From positions 10,776 through 74,775 of the forward strand of contig JANXNS010000003.1 of NCBI GenBank assembly GCA_025353965.1: a stretch of DNA of 64,000 nt. Reading direction: 5' to 3'. Shown here piece by piece: positions 1-11,330 of this stretch. The position numbers and the translations under genes are program-made. The notes beneath the pieces are model-generated. The model had not been told where the DNA came from. It saw only the letters and a list, made by a program, of their open reading frames with translations, and made no database searches. The stretch is from Aquihabitans sp. Lineage in GTDB: Bacteria; Actinomycetota; Acidimicrobiia; Acidimicrobiales; Iamiaceae. How positions within the stretch are numbered: the stretch's first letter is position 1; every line of letters starts with the position of its first letter.

Positions 1-9
1 AGATCAATC

Positions 10-864
10 GTGACCGTTCCCCGCTTCACCATCCGTGCTGCGGTCACCGCCGCCCTGGCAGAGGACCTCACCCCCCTTGGCGACCTCAGCGCGGCGCTGC
101 TCCCGCCTGAGGCCCGGGCGCAGGCCGAGTTCGTGGTCCGCACCGATGGGGTGGTGGCGGGGCTGGCCTGTGCGGACGAGACCTTTGCCCAGGTCGATCC
201 CGCCATCGCCTGCTGGTGGGCAGTGGCTGACGGCCAGGCGGTCTCGGCCCATCAGGTGCTGGCCACGGTTACCGGACCCCTCGCCTCGGTGCTCACCGCC
301 GAACGTACGGCGCTGAACTTCCTCGGGCACTTGAGCGGTATCGCCACCCAGGCCCGCTTGTTTGTGGATGCCGCCGCCCCGCTGCGGGTGTGGGATACCC
401 GCAAGACCACACCGGGCCTGCGCTCGTTGGAAAAGGCTGCGGTCCGTGCCGGCGGGGCTCGCAATCACCGTGGCAACCTCAGTGACTGGGTGATGTTCAA
501 GGACAATCACCTCACGGCGTTGGGCATTGTGGAAGCCGTGCGCCGGGCCCGCGACGTGTGGCCGGGCCGCACCGTCCACGTCGAGTGTGAACGGCTCAGC
601 CAGGTGGTGGAGGCGTTGGAGGCCGGCGCCGATGCCCTCCTGCTGGACAACATGAGTCCCGACGAAATTCGTGCATGTGTGCGCGTGGCCAACGAGCACG
701 CCGCCGCCGCGGGAACCCGTCGAGCCTTGCTCGAAGTGTCTGGCGGGATCACGCTCCAGACCGTCGGCGGCTACGCCGACACAGGGGCAGACGTAGTGTC
801 CAGCGGTTCGCTCACCAACTCCGCGCCCGTCTTGGACATCGGCCTGGACATCACCGTTCACTGA
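10..864 (+). CDS. nadC: nicotinate-nucleotide pyrophosphorylase (carboxylating)
   Basis: Motifs LTAERTALNFLGHLSGIAT, DTRKTTPGLR, NHRGNLSD, KDNH, LLLDNM, EVSGGITL. Confidence 0.96.
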   Translation: MTVPRFTIRAAVTAALAEDLTPLGDLSAALLPPEARAQAEFVVRTDGVVAGLACADETFAQVDPAIACWWAVADGQAVSAHQVLATVTGPLASVLTAERTALNFLGHLSGIATQARLFVDAAAPLRVWDTRKTTPGLRSLEKAAVRAGGARNHRGNLSDWVMFKDNHLTALGIVEAVRRARDVWPGRTVHVECERLSQVVEALEAGADALLLDNMSPDEIRACVRVANEHAAAAGTRRALLEVSGGITLQTVGGYADTGADVVSSGSLTNSAPVLDIGLDITVH

Positions 865-874
865 GGCTGACCAG

Positions 875-1717
875 ATGCTGCTGGCCATAGACATCGGCAA
901 TACCCAGACGGTGATCGGTTTGTTCCGGTCTCCGGGCACGGGAACGGGAACGGGACCCGACAATGCGCCCGATCGTCACGGCAACTTGGCCAGCGCGGCC
1001 GAGACGGATTTGGTGGACCACTGGCGGATTGCCACCTACGCCGAACGCACGTCGGACGAGCACGCTTTGGTGGTCCAGGAATTCCTTGGCTTCCACGGTT
1101 TCTCGTTCGACGACGACATCGATGGCATTGCCATTTCGTCGGTTGTGCCCCGCAGCACCGCCGCCTTCCGGGAGATGACCGAGAAATACTTCGGGTTCCG
1201 GCCGGTGGTGATCGAGCCGGGGGTGCGAACCGGCATGCCGATCCTCACGGAGAACCCGCGTGAAGTTGGTGCTGACCGGATCGCCAATGCGGTGGCGGCG
1301 TTGGACCTCTTTGGCGGCCCGGCGATCGTGATCGACTTTGGTACGGCCACCACCTATGACGCGCTATCCGCCAAGGGCGAGTACCTCGGTGGGGTGATCG
1401 CTCCCGGCGTGGAGATCAGCATGGACGCGCTCTACACGCGGGCTGCCGCTCTTCGCCGGGTCGAGTTGGTTGCGCCGCGATCGATCATCGGGCGAACCAC
1501 CATTGAGTCCATTCAGGCGGGAGCCATCTTCGGCTTTGCCGGTCAGGTCGACGGGATCTGCCAGCGCCTGACGGAGGAGCTCGGCGCGGTCACCGTGGTG
1601 GCCACCGGTGGCCTGGCTGCACTCATCGCACCGCACACGTCCAGCATTCAACGGGTGGAGCCATGGCTGACCCTCCACGGCCTGAGGCTGGTCTTCGCCC
1701 GCAACACCGTCGGTTAG
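875..1717 (+). CDS. coaX: type III pantothenate kinase
   Basis: LLAIDIGNTQTV, GADRIANA, VIDFGTATT, GGVIAPG. Confidence 0.96.
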   Translation: MLLAIDIGNTQTVIGLFRSPGTGTGTGPDNAPDRHGNLASAAETDLVDHWRIATYAERTSDEHALVVQEFLGFHGFSFDDDIDGIAISSVVPRSTAAFREMTEKYFGFRPVVIEPGVRTGMPILTENPREVGADRIANAVAALDLFGGPAIVIDFGTATTYDALSAKGEYLGGVIAPGVEISMDALYTRAAALRRVELVAPRSIIGRTTIESIQAGAIFGFAGQVDGICQRLTEELGAVTVVATGGLAALIAPHTSSIQRVEPWLTLHGLRLVFARNTVG

Positions 1718-2166
1718 AGGTCTTTCTCGTAGAGGAGGTAGCCGTCGTGGTGGGCCATCTGGTCATAGAGGCGGCGGGCGGTGGTGTTGGTGGTGTGAGT
1801 TTGCCAGTAGAGCTTGTTGGCCCCGGCGGAGGTGGCCACCCGTGCGGTGGCGTCGATGAGGCCGCGGGCCACGCCCTGGCCTCGGGCCGACGGCGCGGTG
1901 AACAGGTCTTCTAGGTAGCAGTACGAGGTGAGCGACCACGTGCTGCGATGGAACAGGTGGTGGCAGAAGCCCACGAGTTCCTCGGCGTCGGAACCGGTAA
2001 AGGCGCCGAGCGCGCCCACGGATTCGAGCGGATCGAACAGCCGCCGCCAGGTCTCGTCGGTCACCTCTGGGGCCAGGATGGTCTCGTAGAACTCGAGGTA
2101 CGCAGCCCAGAGTGGTTCCCATGCCGCTCGGTCACGGGGGAGCAGGGGCCGGATCAGGATGGTCAC
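1714..2166 (-). CDS. GNAT family N-acetyltransferase
   Basis: YLEDLFTAPSARGQGVARGLI acetyl-CoA motif; LYWQT...N..AR.LY. Confidence 0.9.
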   Translation of the reverse strand: MTILIRPLLPRDRAAWEPLWAAYLEFYETILAPEVTDETWRRLFDPLESVGALGAFTGSDAEELVGFCHHLFHRSTWSLTSYCYLEDLFTAPSARGQGVARGLIDATARVATSAGANKLYWQTHTTNTTARRLYDQMAHHDGYLLYEKDL

Positions 2167-2230
2167 GCCCGCAGTCTTGCGGGTCGAAGGGTTGGGTCCG
2201 TGGGGTGCTGACCGGGCAGGCTAGGCCGCT

Positions 2231-3655
2231 GTGACTGACCGCTCGCCCGTGCCCTATCGATTCGATCCCGATGCCACTGCGGCTGGGCTCAAGTCGGCCT
2301 ACGGGGAGTTGGGGGAGGGCGTAGAGACCGGTGACCAGGTCGTGGTGGCGGGCCGGCTCATGTTGCGCCGGGGCCAGGGCAAGTTGGTATTTGGCCAGCT
2401 GGCGGATTCCACCGGCCGGATCCAGTTGTTTGCCCCTGCCGATGTAACGCCCCGTTTCGAGGCGTTTGGCAAGTTGTCTTTGGGCGACTGGATTGGTGTA
2501 TCGGGCGAGGTCATGACCACCCGCAAGGGTGAGCTTTCCATCAAGGTGCTCGCCTGGACCGTGCTGGCCGAGACGCAGCGGCCCTTCCCTGACAAGTGGC
2601 ATGGCCTGGCCGACCCAGATACCCGGTATCGCCAGCGCTACGTGGACCTGTGGGTGACCGATGAAGCCCGTCGAGTATTCCAACTGCGGTCCAAGCTGGT
2701 GTCGCTTACTCGGCGCTGGCTCGAGGACCGCGGGTTCATGGAAGTGGAGACCCCGGTCTTCCACCCCATTCCTGGTGGGGCGTTGGCCCGGCCGTTCGTG
2801 ACCCACCACAACGCGCTCGACGTCGATGTGTACCTGCGGATCGCCCCGGAGCTGTACCTCAAGCGGCTCGTGGTGGGCGGTTTTGAGCGGGTGTTCGAGA
2901 TTGCCCGGGTCTTCCGCAACGAGGGTTTGTCGGCCCGGCACAACCCCGAGTTCACGATGCTGGAGCTCTACCAGGCCTATGCGGACTGGACCGACATCAT
3001 GAGCCTGGTGGAGGAGTTGGTCGCCCACCTCGCGGTGGAACTCACTGGCGGCACCGTGGTCACCTATCAGGGTCGTGAGCTGGATCTCACCGCGCCGTGG
3101 CGCCGAGCCAGCCTGTCTGAGCTGATCGAAGAACAGATCGGTGTGCTGGTTGGTTTGGGCACGCCAATCGACGACATGCGAGCCCTCTGCGACCAGTACG
3201 AAGTGCCATGGCAGGACAGCTACGGCGTCGGCAAGCTGTTGCTGGAGCTGTATGAGAAGACGGCCGAAGCGGCCCAGTGGAACCCCGTTTTTGCCATCGA
3301 TTACCCGGTCGAGGTGTCGCCCCTGGCCCGGCCGCATCGTGAGCTGGCGGGCATGACCGAACGGTTCGAGGCCATCGTTGCCGGCCGTGAGCTGTGCAAT
3401 GCGTTCAGCGAACTTCTCGATCCGGCCGTTCAGCGCGAGCGGTTCGAGGATCAGGCCCGCCAGGGCGAAGCCGGCGACGACGAAGCCATGGCGGTGGACG
3501 AGGACTATTTGCGAGCGCTGGACTACGGCCTCCCGCCCACCGGTGGCCTGGGTATCGGCATCGATCGGCTGGTGATGTTGCTCGCCGATGTCGGCACCAT
3601 CCGAGACGTCGTCTTGTTCCCGACGCTTCGCCCAGAGCAGGATCTGGGCGAGTAG
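2231..3655 (+). CDS. lysS: lysine-tRNA ligase (class II)
   Basis: [58 protein letters not shown]. Confidence 0.97.
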   Translation: MTDRSPVPYRFDPDATAAGLKSAYGELGEGVETGDQVVVAGRLMLRRGQGKLVFGQLADSTGRIQLFAPADVTPRFEAFGKLSLGDWIGVSGEVMTTRKGELSIKVLAWTVLAETQRPFPDKWHGLADPDTRYRQRYVDLWVTDEARRVFQLRSKLVSLTRRWLEDRGFMEVETPVFHPIPGGALARPFVTHHNALDVDVYLRIAPELYLKRLVVGGFERVFEIARVFRNEGLSARHNPEFTMLELYQAYADWTDIMSLVEELVAHLAVELTGGTVVTYQGRELDLTAPWRRASLSELIEEQIGVLVGLGTPIDDMRALCDQYEVPWQDSYGVGKLLLELYEKTAEAAQWNPVFAIDYPVEVSPLARPHRELAGMTERFEAIVAGRELCNAFSELLDPAVQRERFEDQARQGEAGDDEAMAVDEDYLRALDYGLPPTGGLGIGIDRLVMLLADVGTIRDVVLFPTLRPEQDLGE

Positions 3656-3675
3656 AGCACCAGGGGAGAGGCAGC

Positions 3676-4641
3676 ATGCGGATCCTGATCACGGGGATGG
3701 GTGGCGAGCTGGGCACGCGCGTGGCCAATCTCTTGGAAGCTGATCCGACGTTCACGGAGATCATTGGGATCGACAGCTACCCACCCCGGCGCCGGACTAC
3801 CCGAGCCGATTTCCGCCGCGTCGACCCGCGCGATCGTCGCAAGGCTGTGCATCTGGTGCGGGATTTCGACCCCGAAGTGATCCTTCACCTCGGCATCTAT
3901 GAACCGAATGCTCGGTTCGACCCCACCGAAGCTCGCCTCGGGACTGCCGCCTCGGCGGTGGCCGTGCTGGGCGCGGCCCGTTCGTGTCCGTCCCTCAAAG
4001 GCATTGTGGTCCGTTCCGGGATCGAGGTCTACGGACGTCGTCGAGGCGCGCCCTCACGGCCCGATGAACAAGCCGCGGTAGACCCCACGACCCCGTTCGG
4101 TTTGTCCATGGCTTACGTCGAACAGGTTGCGATTGAAGCCGGGCAGTTGGCCGGCGTACCCGTCACCAGCCTGCGGTGCGGTCCGATTGTGGGTCCGAGC
4201 GTGCCCAGCCCGCTCGGCCGCTACCTTCGGCTGCCGGTGGTTGCGGTGTCGCCGTTTGCCGAGTTGCCGTTCTGTCTGCTGCACCAAGAAGATGCCGCAT
4301 TGGCGGTGGTGGCTGCAGGCCTGGGGGGCCACGATGGCCCGCTCAACGTGGTGGGCCCGGGCGCGGTCACCGCCAGCCAGGCGGTGCTGCGGGGAGGCCG
4401 CCTGCCCATTCCCACCATCGGCCCGGGTTGGCTGCTGGCCGCCGCGGCCGCCGAGTTGCTGGGGGCACCGCTTCCAGCCCACACCCGGGAACTGCTGGTT
4501 CGTGGCGGCGTGGCCGATGGCGCGCTAGCCGCCGAGGTACTCGGCCTCTCGCCCCGACCCACCGACGACGTGGTCGCTCAGCTGTACCAATGGGCCACCG
4601 TGGCCCACATCACGCCCGCGGCGCGGGGCGCAGCGGCGTGA
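3676..4641 (+). CDS. NAD-dependent epimerase/dehydratase-fold protein
   Basis: N-terminal ILITGMGGELG Rossmann motif; GGAG upstream of ATG 3676; YxxxK motif appears absent (FGLSM). Confidence 0.82.
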   Translation: MRILITGMGGELGTRVANLLEADPTFTEIIGIDSYPPRRRTTRADFRRVDPRDRRKAVHLVRDFDPEVILHLGIYEPNARFDPTEARLGTAASAVAVLGAARSCPSLKGIVVRSGIEVYGRRRGAPSRPDEQAAVDPTTPFGLSMAYVEQVAIEAGQLAGVPVTSLRCGPIVGPSVPSPLGRYLRLPVVAVSPFAELPFCLLHQEDAALAVVAAGLGGHDGPLNVVGPGAVTASQAVLRGGRLPIPTIGPGWLLAAAAAELLGAPLPAHTRELLVRGGVADGALAAEVLGLSPRPTDDVVAQLYQWATVAHITPAARGAAA

Positions 4642-5276
4642 GCCCCGTGACGTTGGACTATCTCGGCCGCCGGGCCCACGGTGCCTACGACATTGATGAA
4701 TGGGGCCTGGATCCCGAGTTGGTGGCCTTAGCCAATCCCCTCTTGGCGCTGCGCTGGGATATTGAGGTCACAGGCGCGGATCGGCTTCCTGCGGTGGGCG
4801 GTGCGGTGCTGGTGTTCAACCGGCGCTTCGGTGTCAGCGAGCCTTGGGTGGTGGCCAGGGGGGTTCGTCAGGCTTGCGGTCGGTTCGTGCGTACGGTCGG
4901 CGCGCCCGATGTTGCACCCATTGGCCCGTTCCTCCGCCGGTTTGGTGGCGTGTTGGACCGCACTGATGAAATCGCCGGTCTGCTGCGGGCCGGCCAGCTG
5001 GTGGGCTTGCCCATGTCGCGGGACCTGCGCCGCCGAGATCGTGTTGGTCGCCTGGAGGTGGGGCGGTTGGAAGCGGCGCTGGCTACCGGCTCCCCCGTTG
5101 TGCCGGTTGCCTTGGTGGGCCGTGAAAGCGGCCGGGCCTGGCGCATCGTGGTGGGCGAACCGATTGCCCCGCCCGTCGGCGGGGGACCGTTGGCGTCGGC
5201 CGAGCTGGCCGAAGCCACCCGCCATGGCGTGCAGGCCATTCTCGATGACGCCCTGCCCTCATCGTGGTGGGGGTAG
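4638..5276 (+). CDS. lysophospholipid acyltransferase-like protein
   Basis: GAYDIDEWGLDP, VTGADRLPAVGGAVLVFN, GSPVVPVALVG; GTGA overlap with the upstream gene; HX4D motif not evident. Confidence 0.72.
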   Translation: MSPVTLDYLGRRAHGAYDIDEWGLDPELVALANPLLALRWDIEVTGADRLPAVGGAVLVFNRRFGVSEPWVVARGVRQACGRFVRTVGAPDVAPIGPFLRRFGGVLDRTDEIAGLLRAGQLVGLPMSRDLRRRDRVGRLEVGRLEAALATGSPVVPVALVGRESGRAWRIVVGEPIAPPVGGGPLASAELAEATRHGVQAILDDALPSSWWG

Positions 5277-5280
5277 CGCC

Positions 5281-6126
5281 ATGCCCCTTGCTGTAGCCGC
5301 CGACGGCACCCGTATTTCCTACGCCCTGGCGGGCCGTCGGGACGGTGAACCACTGCTCATGATTCAGGGCCTGGGGGCAGATTCCCGAGGCTGGACGTTT
5401 CAGAAGCGGGCACTGTCGCGGTTCCGTTTGATCCTGATCGACAATCGTGGGGTCGGCAGGTCCGATCGGCCACCTGGGCCCTACGACCTCGAGGTCATGG
5501 CGGCCGATGCGGTTGCCGTGCTGGACCACGCGGGCTATGGATCGGCCCACGTGATCGGTGCGTCCATGGGCGGGATCCTGGCTCAGATCATGGCGGTGCG
5601 GTTCCCCGATCGCATCCGCTCGCTCACCTTGGCCTGCACGGCCTGTCGCCATTTTGAGTGGCGACGGGAGCTGCTGCAGGATTGGGCGGAGCAGGCGCAA
5701 GCGCACGGGATGCGGGAGTTCGTGCGTCGCAACCTCCGTTGGATGGTTGGCCCTCGGTCCTTGCGGCGGTTGGCGCCGGCATTGGCGGTACTGGGGCCCT
5801 TGGCCTTCAGCGTGCCGGTGTCTTCGTTCGTTGCGCAGGTCCACGCCATTCTCGATATGGACGACGGACTCCGGGACGAGTTAGGCAACATTCATGTGCC
5901 CACACTGGTGTTGGTCGGCAGTCAAGACGTGCTCACCACCCAGGGAGACGCGGAGGAGATTGCCTCGTTCGTGCCGGGCGCGGAATTGGCCGTCATCCGG
6001 GGCGGAGCGCATTTGTTCCAGGTGGAGCAGGCGGCGGCCTTCAACCGAACCGTGGGTGAGTTTCTGGATCGGGTCACCGGCCGGGCGCCGGCCCGTCCGG
6101 CTCCGGCACCTGCTTCAGGAAACTGA
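5281..6126 (+). CDS. alpha/beta fold hydrolase
   Basis: IDNRGVGRS, GASMGG nucleophile elbow, VPTLVLVGSQD, GAH. Confidence 0.92.
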   Translation: MPLAVAADGTRISYALAGRRDGEPLLMIQGLGADSRGWTFQKRALSRFRLILIDNRGVGRSDRPPGPYDLEVMAADAVAVLDHAGYGSAHVIGASMGGILAQIMAVRFPDRIRSLTLACTACRHFEWRRELLQDWAEQAQAHGMREFVRRNLRWMVGPRSLRRLAPALAVLGPLAFSVPVSSFVAQVHAILDMDDGLRDELGNIHVPTLVLVGSQDVLTTQGDAEEIASFVPGAELAVIRGGAHLFQVEQAAAFNRTVGEFLDRVTGRAPARPAPAPASGN

Positions 6127-6142
6127 CCTCAGAAACCTGATT

Positions 6143-6469
6143 TCACTGCCACACCGATGCCATGTCGGTGGCCGTGGCCCGCACGTGCTTGTGGCCGATG
6201 CCCACGCTGCTCAGCCAACTCGAGGCCCGCTCTATGGCCATGGCGACGGCCGCTGAACCGGGGTCTGTGCCTGGGTGGGCGTCGGCCACGCGGGTTTCGT
6301 AGCGCACGTTGAACGACACGAGCGACGGGTCATAGGTGAAGGTGCCGTCGGTCGTGAAGGCGGACTTGAAAATGTCGTGTTCCGGGGCCTCGGCCACCAA
6401 GCGGTCACGGGTTTCCTGGTCGAGGTCGGCGAACTGACCGCGAACCACCACTCGAAAGATTTTGGCCAC
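6143..6469 (-). CDS. conserved actinobacterial hypothetical protein (DUF6204-like)
   Basis: FRVVVRGQFADL...AFTTDGTFTYD recalled from an actinobacterial family; GGAG upstream of GTG 6469. Confidence 0.6.
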   Translation of the reverse strand: MAKIFRVVVRGQFADLDQETRDRLVAEAPEHDIFKSAFTTDGTFTYDPSLVSFNVRYETRVADAHPGTDPGSAAVAMAIERASSWLSSVGIGHKHVRATATDMASVWQ

Positions 6470-6570
6470 GACCACTCCTGGGTGTTGCTCGGCGCCGGGA
6501 TACAGCAAGCGCTGCGGCAACGACGGTAGCTTCGGGGCCAATGACGCGGGGGCGCCACAGCGGGCCGGGG

Positions 6571-7598
6571 ATGGGTAAGGAGGACCGCCGGGACCGGCGG
6601 CTCGTTCTGATCGCCGCTGTTTCCGCCGCCGCCATAGGTGGGGTGTTGTGGCTGGCGGTCGCCCGCGCCGATGACGGACCAACGTCGACCGCCATCATGA
6701 GCAGCATTGCCCTGAGCACGAGCACGCCATTCACGGGCGGCCCGGCGTCGCCTGCCCGGCCGGTCACCAGACCGGGCCAGGCCATCTCTAGCTACCCGGC
6801 GTTCGGGGCCCCTGCTGAGCTGGTCGACGCGGCCAAGTCGGCGGGCTACGACGGATGTTCCAACGCGTCGAACCACAGTCTCGATCGCGGGCGGGCCGGA
6901 ATCGAGGCAACCCTCAACCGGTTCGACGCCGATGGCCTCCATCATGCGGGCATGGCCCGGACGGCCGACGAAGCCGCCACCATCACCATGTACGACGTGA
7001 AGGGCATGAAGGTCGCCCACCTCAGCTATGCCTACGGCCTCAACGGGAATAAGGCGCCAGTCGACGCGCCGTGGGCGGTCGATCACATAGACCCAGCCCG
7101 GACGACGCGGCCGCCGCCCGGGCTGCCGGCGCCAATCTGGTGGTGGTCAGCCTGCACTGGGGCACGGAGTACGACAGTGTCCCTAGTCAGTATCAGCGAG
7201 ATATCGCCGCTGAAATGTTGCCCTCGGCCGACATTGATCTGGTCATTGGCTGCCACGCCCATGTGGTGCAGCCAATCGGTCAGGTCGGTGGTACCTATGT
7301 GGTTTGGGGGATGGGCAACCAGCTGTCCAACATGACCCAGGCTCCGCGTCGTGATGGGATCACCGTGCGGGCCACCGCCGCGGTGGATGCCAGCGGCCGT
7401 TGGAAGGTTTTCGGGGTGGAGGCCATCCCGACGTGGGTGGAGGAGGGCTCGTTCCGGGTGCTGCCCGTGGTCGACACGTTGGCCGACCGCAACATTTCTG
7501 CCGGTCTCCGCGCCGAGCTCTCCGACTCTTACGACCGCAGCGCCGCCGTTGTGCTGGGCATCAAGACGCCCGGGGTGACGCTTGCCCCGAAGCTTTGA
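6571..7598 (+). pseudogene. CapA/PGA_cap family protein, frameshifted and internally deleted
   Basis: Frame 1 has YPAF, ASNHSLDRG, LSYAYGLNG; frame 3 continues with VVSLHWGTEY, GCHAHVVQP, GMGNQLS; frame switch near 7101. Confidence 0.8.
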
Positions 7599-7601
7599 GG
7601 G

Positions 7602-8591
7602 TCAGGCGCGGACCGCAGCGAGGCTTTGCAGCAAGTGGCGCGACGCGCCTTGGAGCGCAACGGCCGCTGGGCGATCCGCCAGTGGGTCCAGCCAGGCGAC
7701 CGCTTGGTCGACGTACTGGCGGGCCACGGCAACGGACTCATCTATGCCGTCGCTCTCCCGCACCAGGTTGCGGGCTCGTTCCCAGGTCTCGCCCTCGATG
7801 GGAGTGCCCAGCAAGGAACGCAGCTCAGCGCCCGACGGCCCGGCCAGCGCCCGCAACACGGGCAGGTTGTAGGCGCCTTCCACCAGATCGTGGCCTGCGG
7901 GCTTGCCCAGTTCTTCGTCGGTGGCCACCACATCGAGGATGTCGTCGACGATCTGGAAGGCCATGCCGTAGGCAGTGCCGAACTCGGTGAGCCGATCGAT
8001 CTCGGGGCGGGGCAGCCCACCCACGATCCCGCCGATTCGGCACGCCGATGACAACAACGACGCCGTTTTTCCCTCGATAGAGGCGAGGTAGGCGGTTTCG
8101 GTCCGGGTCACTTGGTAGGCGTCTTGGAGTTCCAGCACCTCGCCCTCACATAGCCGACCGATCGTGGCCGCCAAGAGGCCAGCCACCTCGGTGCCGAGCG
8201 ATGCCGCGATCTCAGATGCTTTGGCCAGCAGAAAATCTCCGGCCAGAATGGCCCGGAGGTTGCCCCAGCGCGAGTTCACGCTCTCCACGCCGCGGCGGGT
8301 GACGGCCTCGTCGATCACGTCGTCGTGGTAGAGCGACCCCAGGTGCACGAGCTCGACCGAGACGCCGCCACGCACCACGTCGAGCGAGGCGGGGCCATCG
8401 GCTCCGGCCGCGCAGGCGGCCGCCGCTACCGCGAACAACGGACGAACCCGCTTGCCGCCGGCCCCAATGAGGTGGCTTGCCATCTCCGTCAAGGCATCAG
8501 TTGGGGCACGAACCGCGGTTCGAAGTTCTTCTTCCACGCGGAGGCGATCGGCCTCGACGTGGGGGAGCGCCAGCAGGGGGTTGTCGGCCAT
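7602..8591 (-). CDS. polyprenyl diphosphate synthase
   Basis: GGKRVRP, first DDxxD (YHDDVID..RRG), AILAGD, GKTA, second DDxxD (FQIVDDILD). Confidence 0.94.
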   Translation of the reverse strand: MADNPLLALPHVEADRLRVEEELRTAVRAPTDALTEMASHLIGAGGKRVRPLFAVAAAACAAGADGPASLDVVRGGVSVELVHLGSLYHDDVIDEAVTRRGVESVNSRWGNLRAILAGDFLLAKASEIAASLGTEVAGLLAATIGRLCEGEVLELQDAYQVTRTETAYLASIEGKTASLLSSACRIGGIVGGLPRPEIDRLTEFGTAYGMAFQIVDDILDVVATDEELGKPAGHDLVEGAYNLPVLRALAGPSGAELRSLLGTPIEGETWERARNLVRESDGIDESVAVARQYVDQAVAWLDPLADRPAAVALQGASRHLLQSLAAVRA

Positions 8592-8739
8592 CCGGTGAGG
8601 CTACGGGGCCAGCAGCAGATTCTGCAGTTTACCGCATGTCACAGGGGGGTCTGCCAGGAACGCATTGACTCGCGCCGGGAGTGTTGGGTGTGGCGGTAGG
8701 ATCGAGCTACGATTTCCCGCTGATTGGGAGGCAGGACAC

Positions 8740-11274
8740 ATGTTCGAACGCTTTACAGACCGGGCTCGCCGTGTGGTGGTCTTGGCACAAGAAGAGGCTC
8801 GCCTCCTCAACCACAACTACATCGGCACGGAGCACATCCTGCTTGGGCTGATTCATGAGGGCGAGGGCGTGGCCGCCAAGGCCCTGGAATCGCTCGGTAT
8901 TTCCCTTGAGGGCGTCCGCAGCCAGGTAGAGGAAATCATTGGCCAGGGCGGCTCGTCGCCGAGCGGTCACATTCCTTTTACTCCTCGGGCCAAGAAGGTC
9001 CTGGAGCTGTCGCTCCGCGAGGCCCTGCAGCTCGGGCACAACTACATCGGTACCGAACACATCCTCCTCGGCCTCATTCGTGAGGGCGAGGGCGTGGCGG
9101 CACAGGTGCTGGTCAAGCTCGGTGCTGACCTATCGCGAGTCCGCCAGCAAGTCATTCAGCTGCTGTCGGGCTACTCCGGTTCCGGCCAGCAGGGCCAGGG
9201 CGGGCCGGGCGAGAAGGCTGGGGCTACCTCAGGTGGCGTCAGCGGCGAGACCCCATCGGGTTCGCTCGTGCTCGATCAATTCGGCCGCAACCTCACCCAG
9301 TTGGCCAAGGACAAGAAGCTCGATCCCGTGATCGGCCGCGCCCGGGAAACCGAGCGGGTCATGCAGGTGCTCTCGCGCCGTACCAAGAACAACCCCGTCC
9401 TTATTGGGGAGCCCGGTGTGGGTAAGACCGCCATTGTGGAGGGTCTGGCCCAAGCCATTGCGGCGGACAACGTCCCAGAGACCCTCACCGGCAAGCAGCT
9501 CTACACGCTCGATCTCGGTGCTTTGGTGGCGGGGTCGCGGTACCGCGGCGATTTCGAAGAGCGCCTGAAGAAGGTCCTCAAGGAAATTCGTACCCGGGGC
9601 GACATCATCTTGTTCATTGACGAGATCCACACGCTCGTTGGTGCTGGTGCCGCAGAAGGCGCTATCGACGCCGCTTCCATCCTCAAGCCCATGCTGGCCC
9701 GCGGTGAGCTGCAGACCATCGGCGCCACCACGCTGGATGAGTACCGCAAGCACCTGGAGAAAGACGCGGCCCTCGAGCGCCGTTTCCAGCCGGTCAAGGT
9801 AGAAGAGCCCACCGTGGCCCACACGATCGAGATCCTCAAGGGTCTTCGTGATCGCTACGAGTCCCATCACCGAGTCACCATCACCGATCAAGCCCTGGTG
9901 GCCGCAGCCAACTTGGCCGATCGCTACATCGCCGACCGTCACCTGCCAGACAAGGCCATCGACCTCATCGATGAGGCGGGTTCCCGCTTGCGCATCAAGC
10001 GCATGGCCACTCCTGCGGATTTCAAAGAGCTGGAGAACTCCATCGCTCAGGTCGTCCAGCAGAAGAAGGAAGCGGTCGAAGCACAAGACTTCGAAGCGGC
10101 CGGGCGCTTGCGGGACAAAGAAAAAGAACTTCTCGCGGAGAAGGAAGGCAAGGAAACCGAAATCAAGGCCTCCGGCGTAGACCTGTTCGACGAGGTAGAC
10201 GAAGAAGCCATTGCGGAGGTCCTCTCGCTGTGGACCGGCATCCCGGTCTACAAGCTCACCGAAGAAGAGACCGCCAAGCTCCTGCGCATGGAAGATGAGC
10301 TCCATCACCGGGTCATCGGTCAGGAAAACGCCGTCAAGGCTGTCAGCCAGGCCATCCGCCGTACCCGAGCTGGGCTCAAGGATCCAAAGCGCCCCAGCGG
10401 CTCGTTCATTTTCCTCGGCCCGTCGGGTGTGGGAAAGACGGAACTGGCCAAGACGCTCACCGAGTTCTTGTTCGGCGACGAATCCAGCATGATCAGCCTC
10501 GACATGTCTGAGTACATGGAGAAGCACACGGTGAGCCGCCTGGTCGGTTCGCCTCCCGGCTATGTGGGCTACGAAGAAGGCGGTCAGCTCACCGAGGCCG
10601 TGCGGCGCAAGCCGTTCTCGGTGGTGTTGTTCGACGAGATCGAGAAGGCCCACCCGGACGTGTTCAACACGCTCCTTCAGATTCTGGAGGAGGGCCGTCT
10701 GACCGATAGCCAGGGCCGTTCGGTGGATTTCCGCAACACCTTGTTGATCATGACCTCGAACCTGGGCACCGCGGATCTTCGCAAGGCAAACGTGGGCTTC
10801 GGTCGCAACGACGAAGCGGTCTCTTACGAAAAGATGAAGGAAAAGGTCAACGACGCCCTGAAGAATCACTTCCGGCCGGAGTTCCTGAACCGCATAGATG
10901 AGACCATCGTCTTCCACGAGCTTTCCAAGCCTGAAGTCACCGTCATTGTCGATCTGCTCATCAAGCGCACGAGCGTGCAGCTCGAGGCGCAGGGCATTGG
11001 CATTGAGCTAACCGATGCCGCCAAGAAGGTTCTGGTGGACCGGGGCTATGACCCCACCCTGGGGGCCCGACCGCTGCGCCGGGCCATCCAGCGCTTGATA
11101 GAAGATCCGCTGTCGGAACGCTTGCTGTACAAACAGTTCCGAGCCGGAGAAATCATCGTTGTAGACGCCGAGCCAGACCCAGAGACCGGCAAGGACGAGA
11201 TTGTCTTCCGGTCGATCGAGGGCTTCGAGCCCCCGGTCACCCCCGAGTTGGCCGAGGCCGCCCCAACAGAGTGA
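8740..11274 (+). CDS. clpC: ATP-dependent Clp protease ATP-binding subunit ClpC
   Basis: [21 protein letters not shown]; two AAA+ domains ([16 protein letters not shown]); UVR coiled coil. Confidence 0.98.
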   Translation: MFERFTDRARRVVVLAQEEARLLNHNYIGTEHILLGLIHEGEGVAAKALESLGISLEGVRSQVEEIIGQGGSSPSGHIPFTPRAKKVLELSLREALQLGHNYIGTEHILLGLIREGEGVAAQVLVKLGADLSRVRQQVIQLLSGYSGSGQQGQGGPGEKAGATSGGVSGETPSGSLVLDQFGRNLTQLAKDKKLDPVIGRARETERVMQVLSRRTKNNPVLIGEPGVGKTAIVEGLAQAIAADNVPETLTGKQLYTLDLGALVAGSRYRGDFEERLKKVLKEIRTRGDIILFIDEIHTLVGAGAAEGAIDAASILKPMLARGELQTIGATTLDEYRKHLEKDAALERRFQPVKVEEPTVAHTIEILKGLRDRYESHHRVTITDQALVAAANLADRYIADRHLPDKAIDLIDEAGSRLRIKRMATPADFKELENSIAQVVQQKKEAVEAQDFEAAGRLRDKEKELLAEKEGKETEIKASGVDLFDEVDEEAIAEVLSLWTGIPVYKLTEEETAKLLRMEDELHHRVIGQENAVKAVSQAIRRTRAGLKDPKRPSGSFIFLGPSGVGKTELAKTLTEFLFGDESSMISLDMSEYMEKHTVSRLVGSPPGYVGYEEGGQLTEAVRRKPFSVVLFDEIEKAHPDVFNTLLQILEEGRLTDSQGRSVDFRNTLLIMTSNLGTADLRKANVGFGRNDEAVSYEKMKEKVNDALKNHFRPEFLNRIDETIVFHELSKPEVTVIVDLLIKRTSVQLEAQGIGIELTDAAKKVLVDRGYDPTLGARPLRRAIQRLIEDPLSERLLYKQFRAGEIIVVDAEPDPETGKDEIVFRSIEGFEPPVTPELAEAAPTE

Positions 11275-11280
11275 ACCGCT

Positions 11281-11304
11281 CAGCCCGGGGCCATCCCCGG
11301 GCTG
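11281..11304. terminator. GC-rich hairpin after clpC
   Basis: CAGCCCGGGG-ccat-CCCCGGGCTG, a perfect 10-bp stem 6 nt after the stop; no U-tract. Confidence 0.5.
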
Positions 11305-11330
11305 TCAGACCCCCTCGTTAGGGTCCTTTC

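Noticed and set aside
9229-10917. Long antisense ORFs (also 4-963, 2132-3337, 12047-13561, 49623-51701, 49730-50941)
   Set aside because: Shadow ORFs opposite well-supported genes, expected in high-GC DNA; no recognisable motifs.
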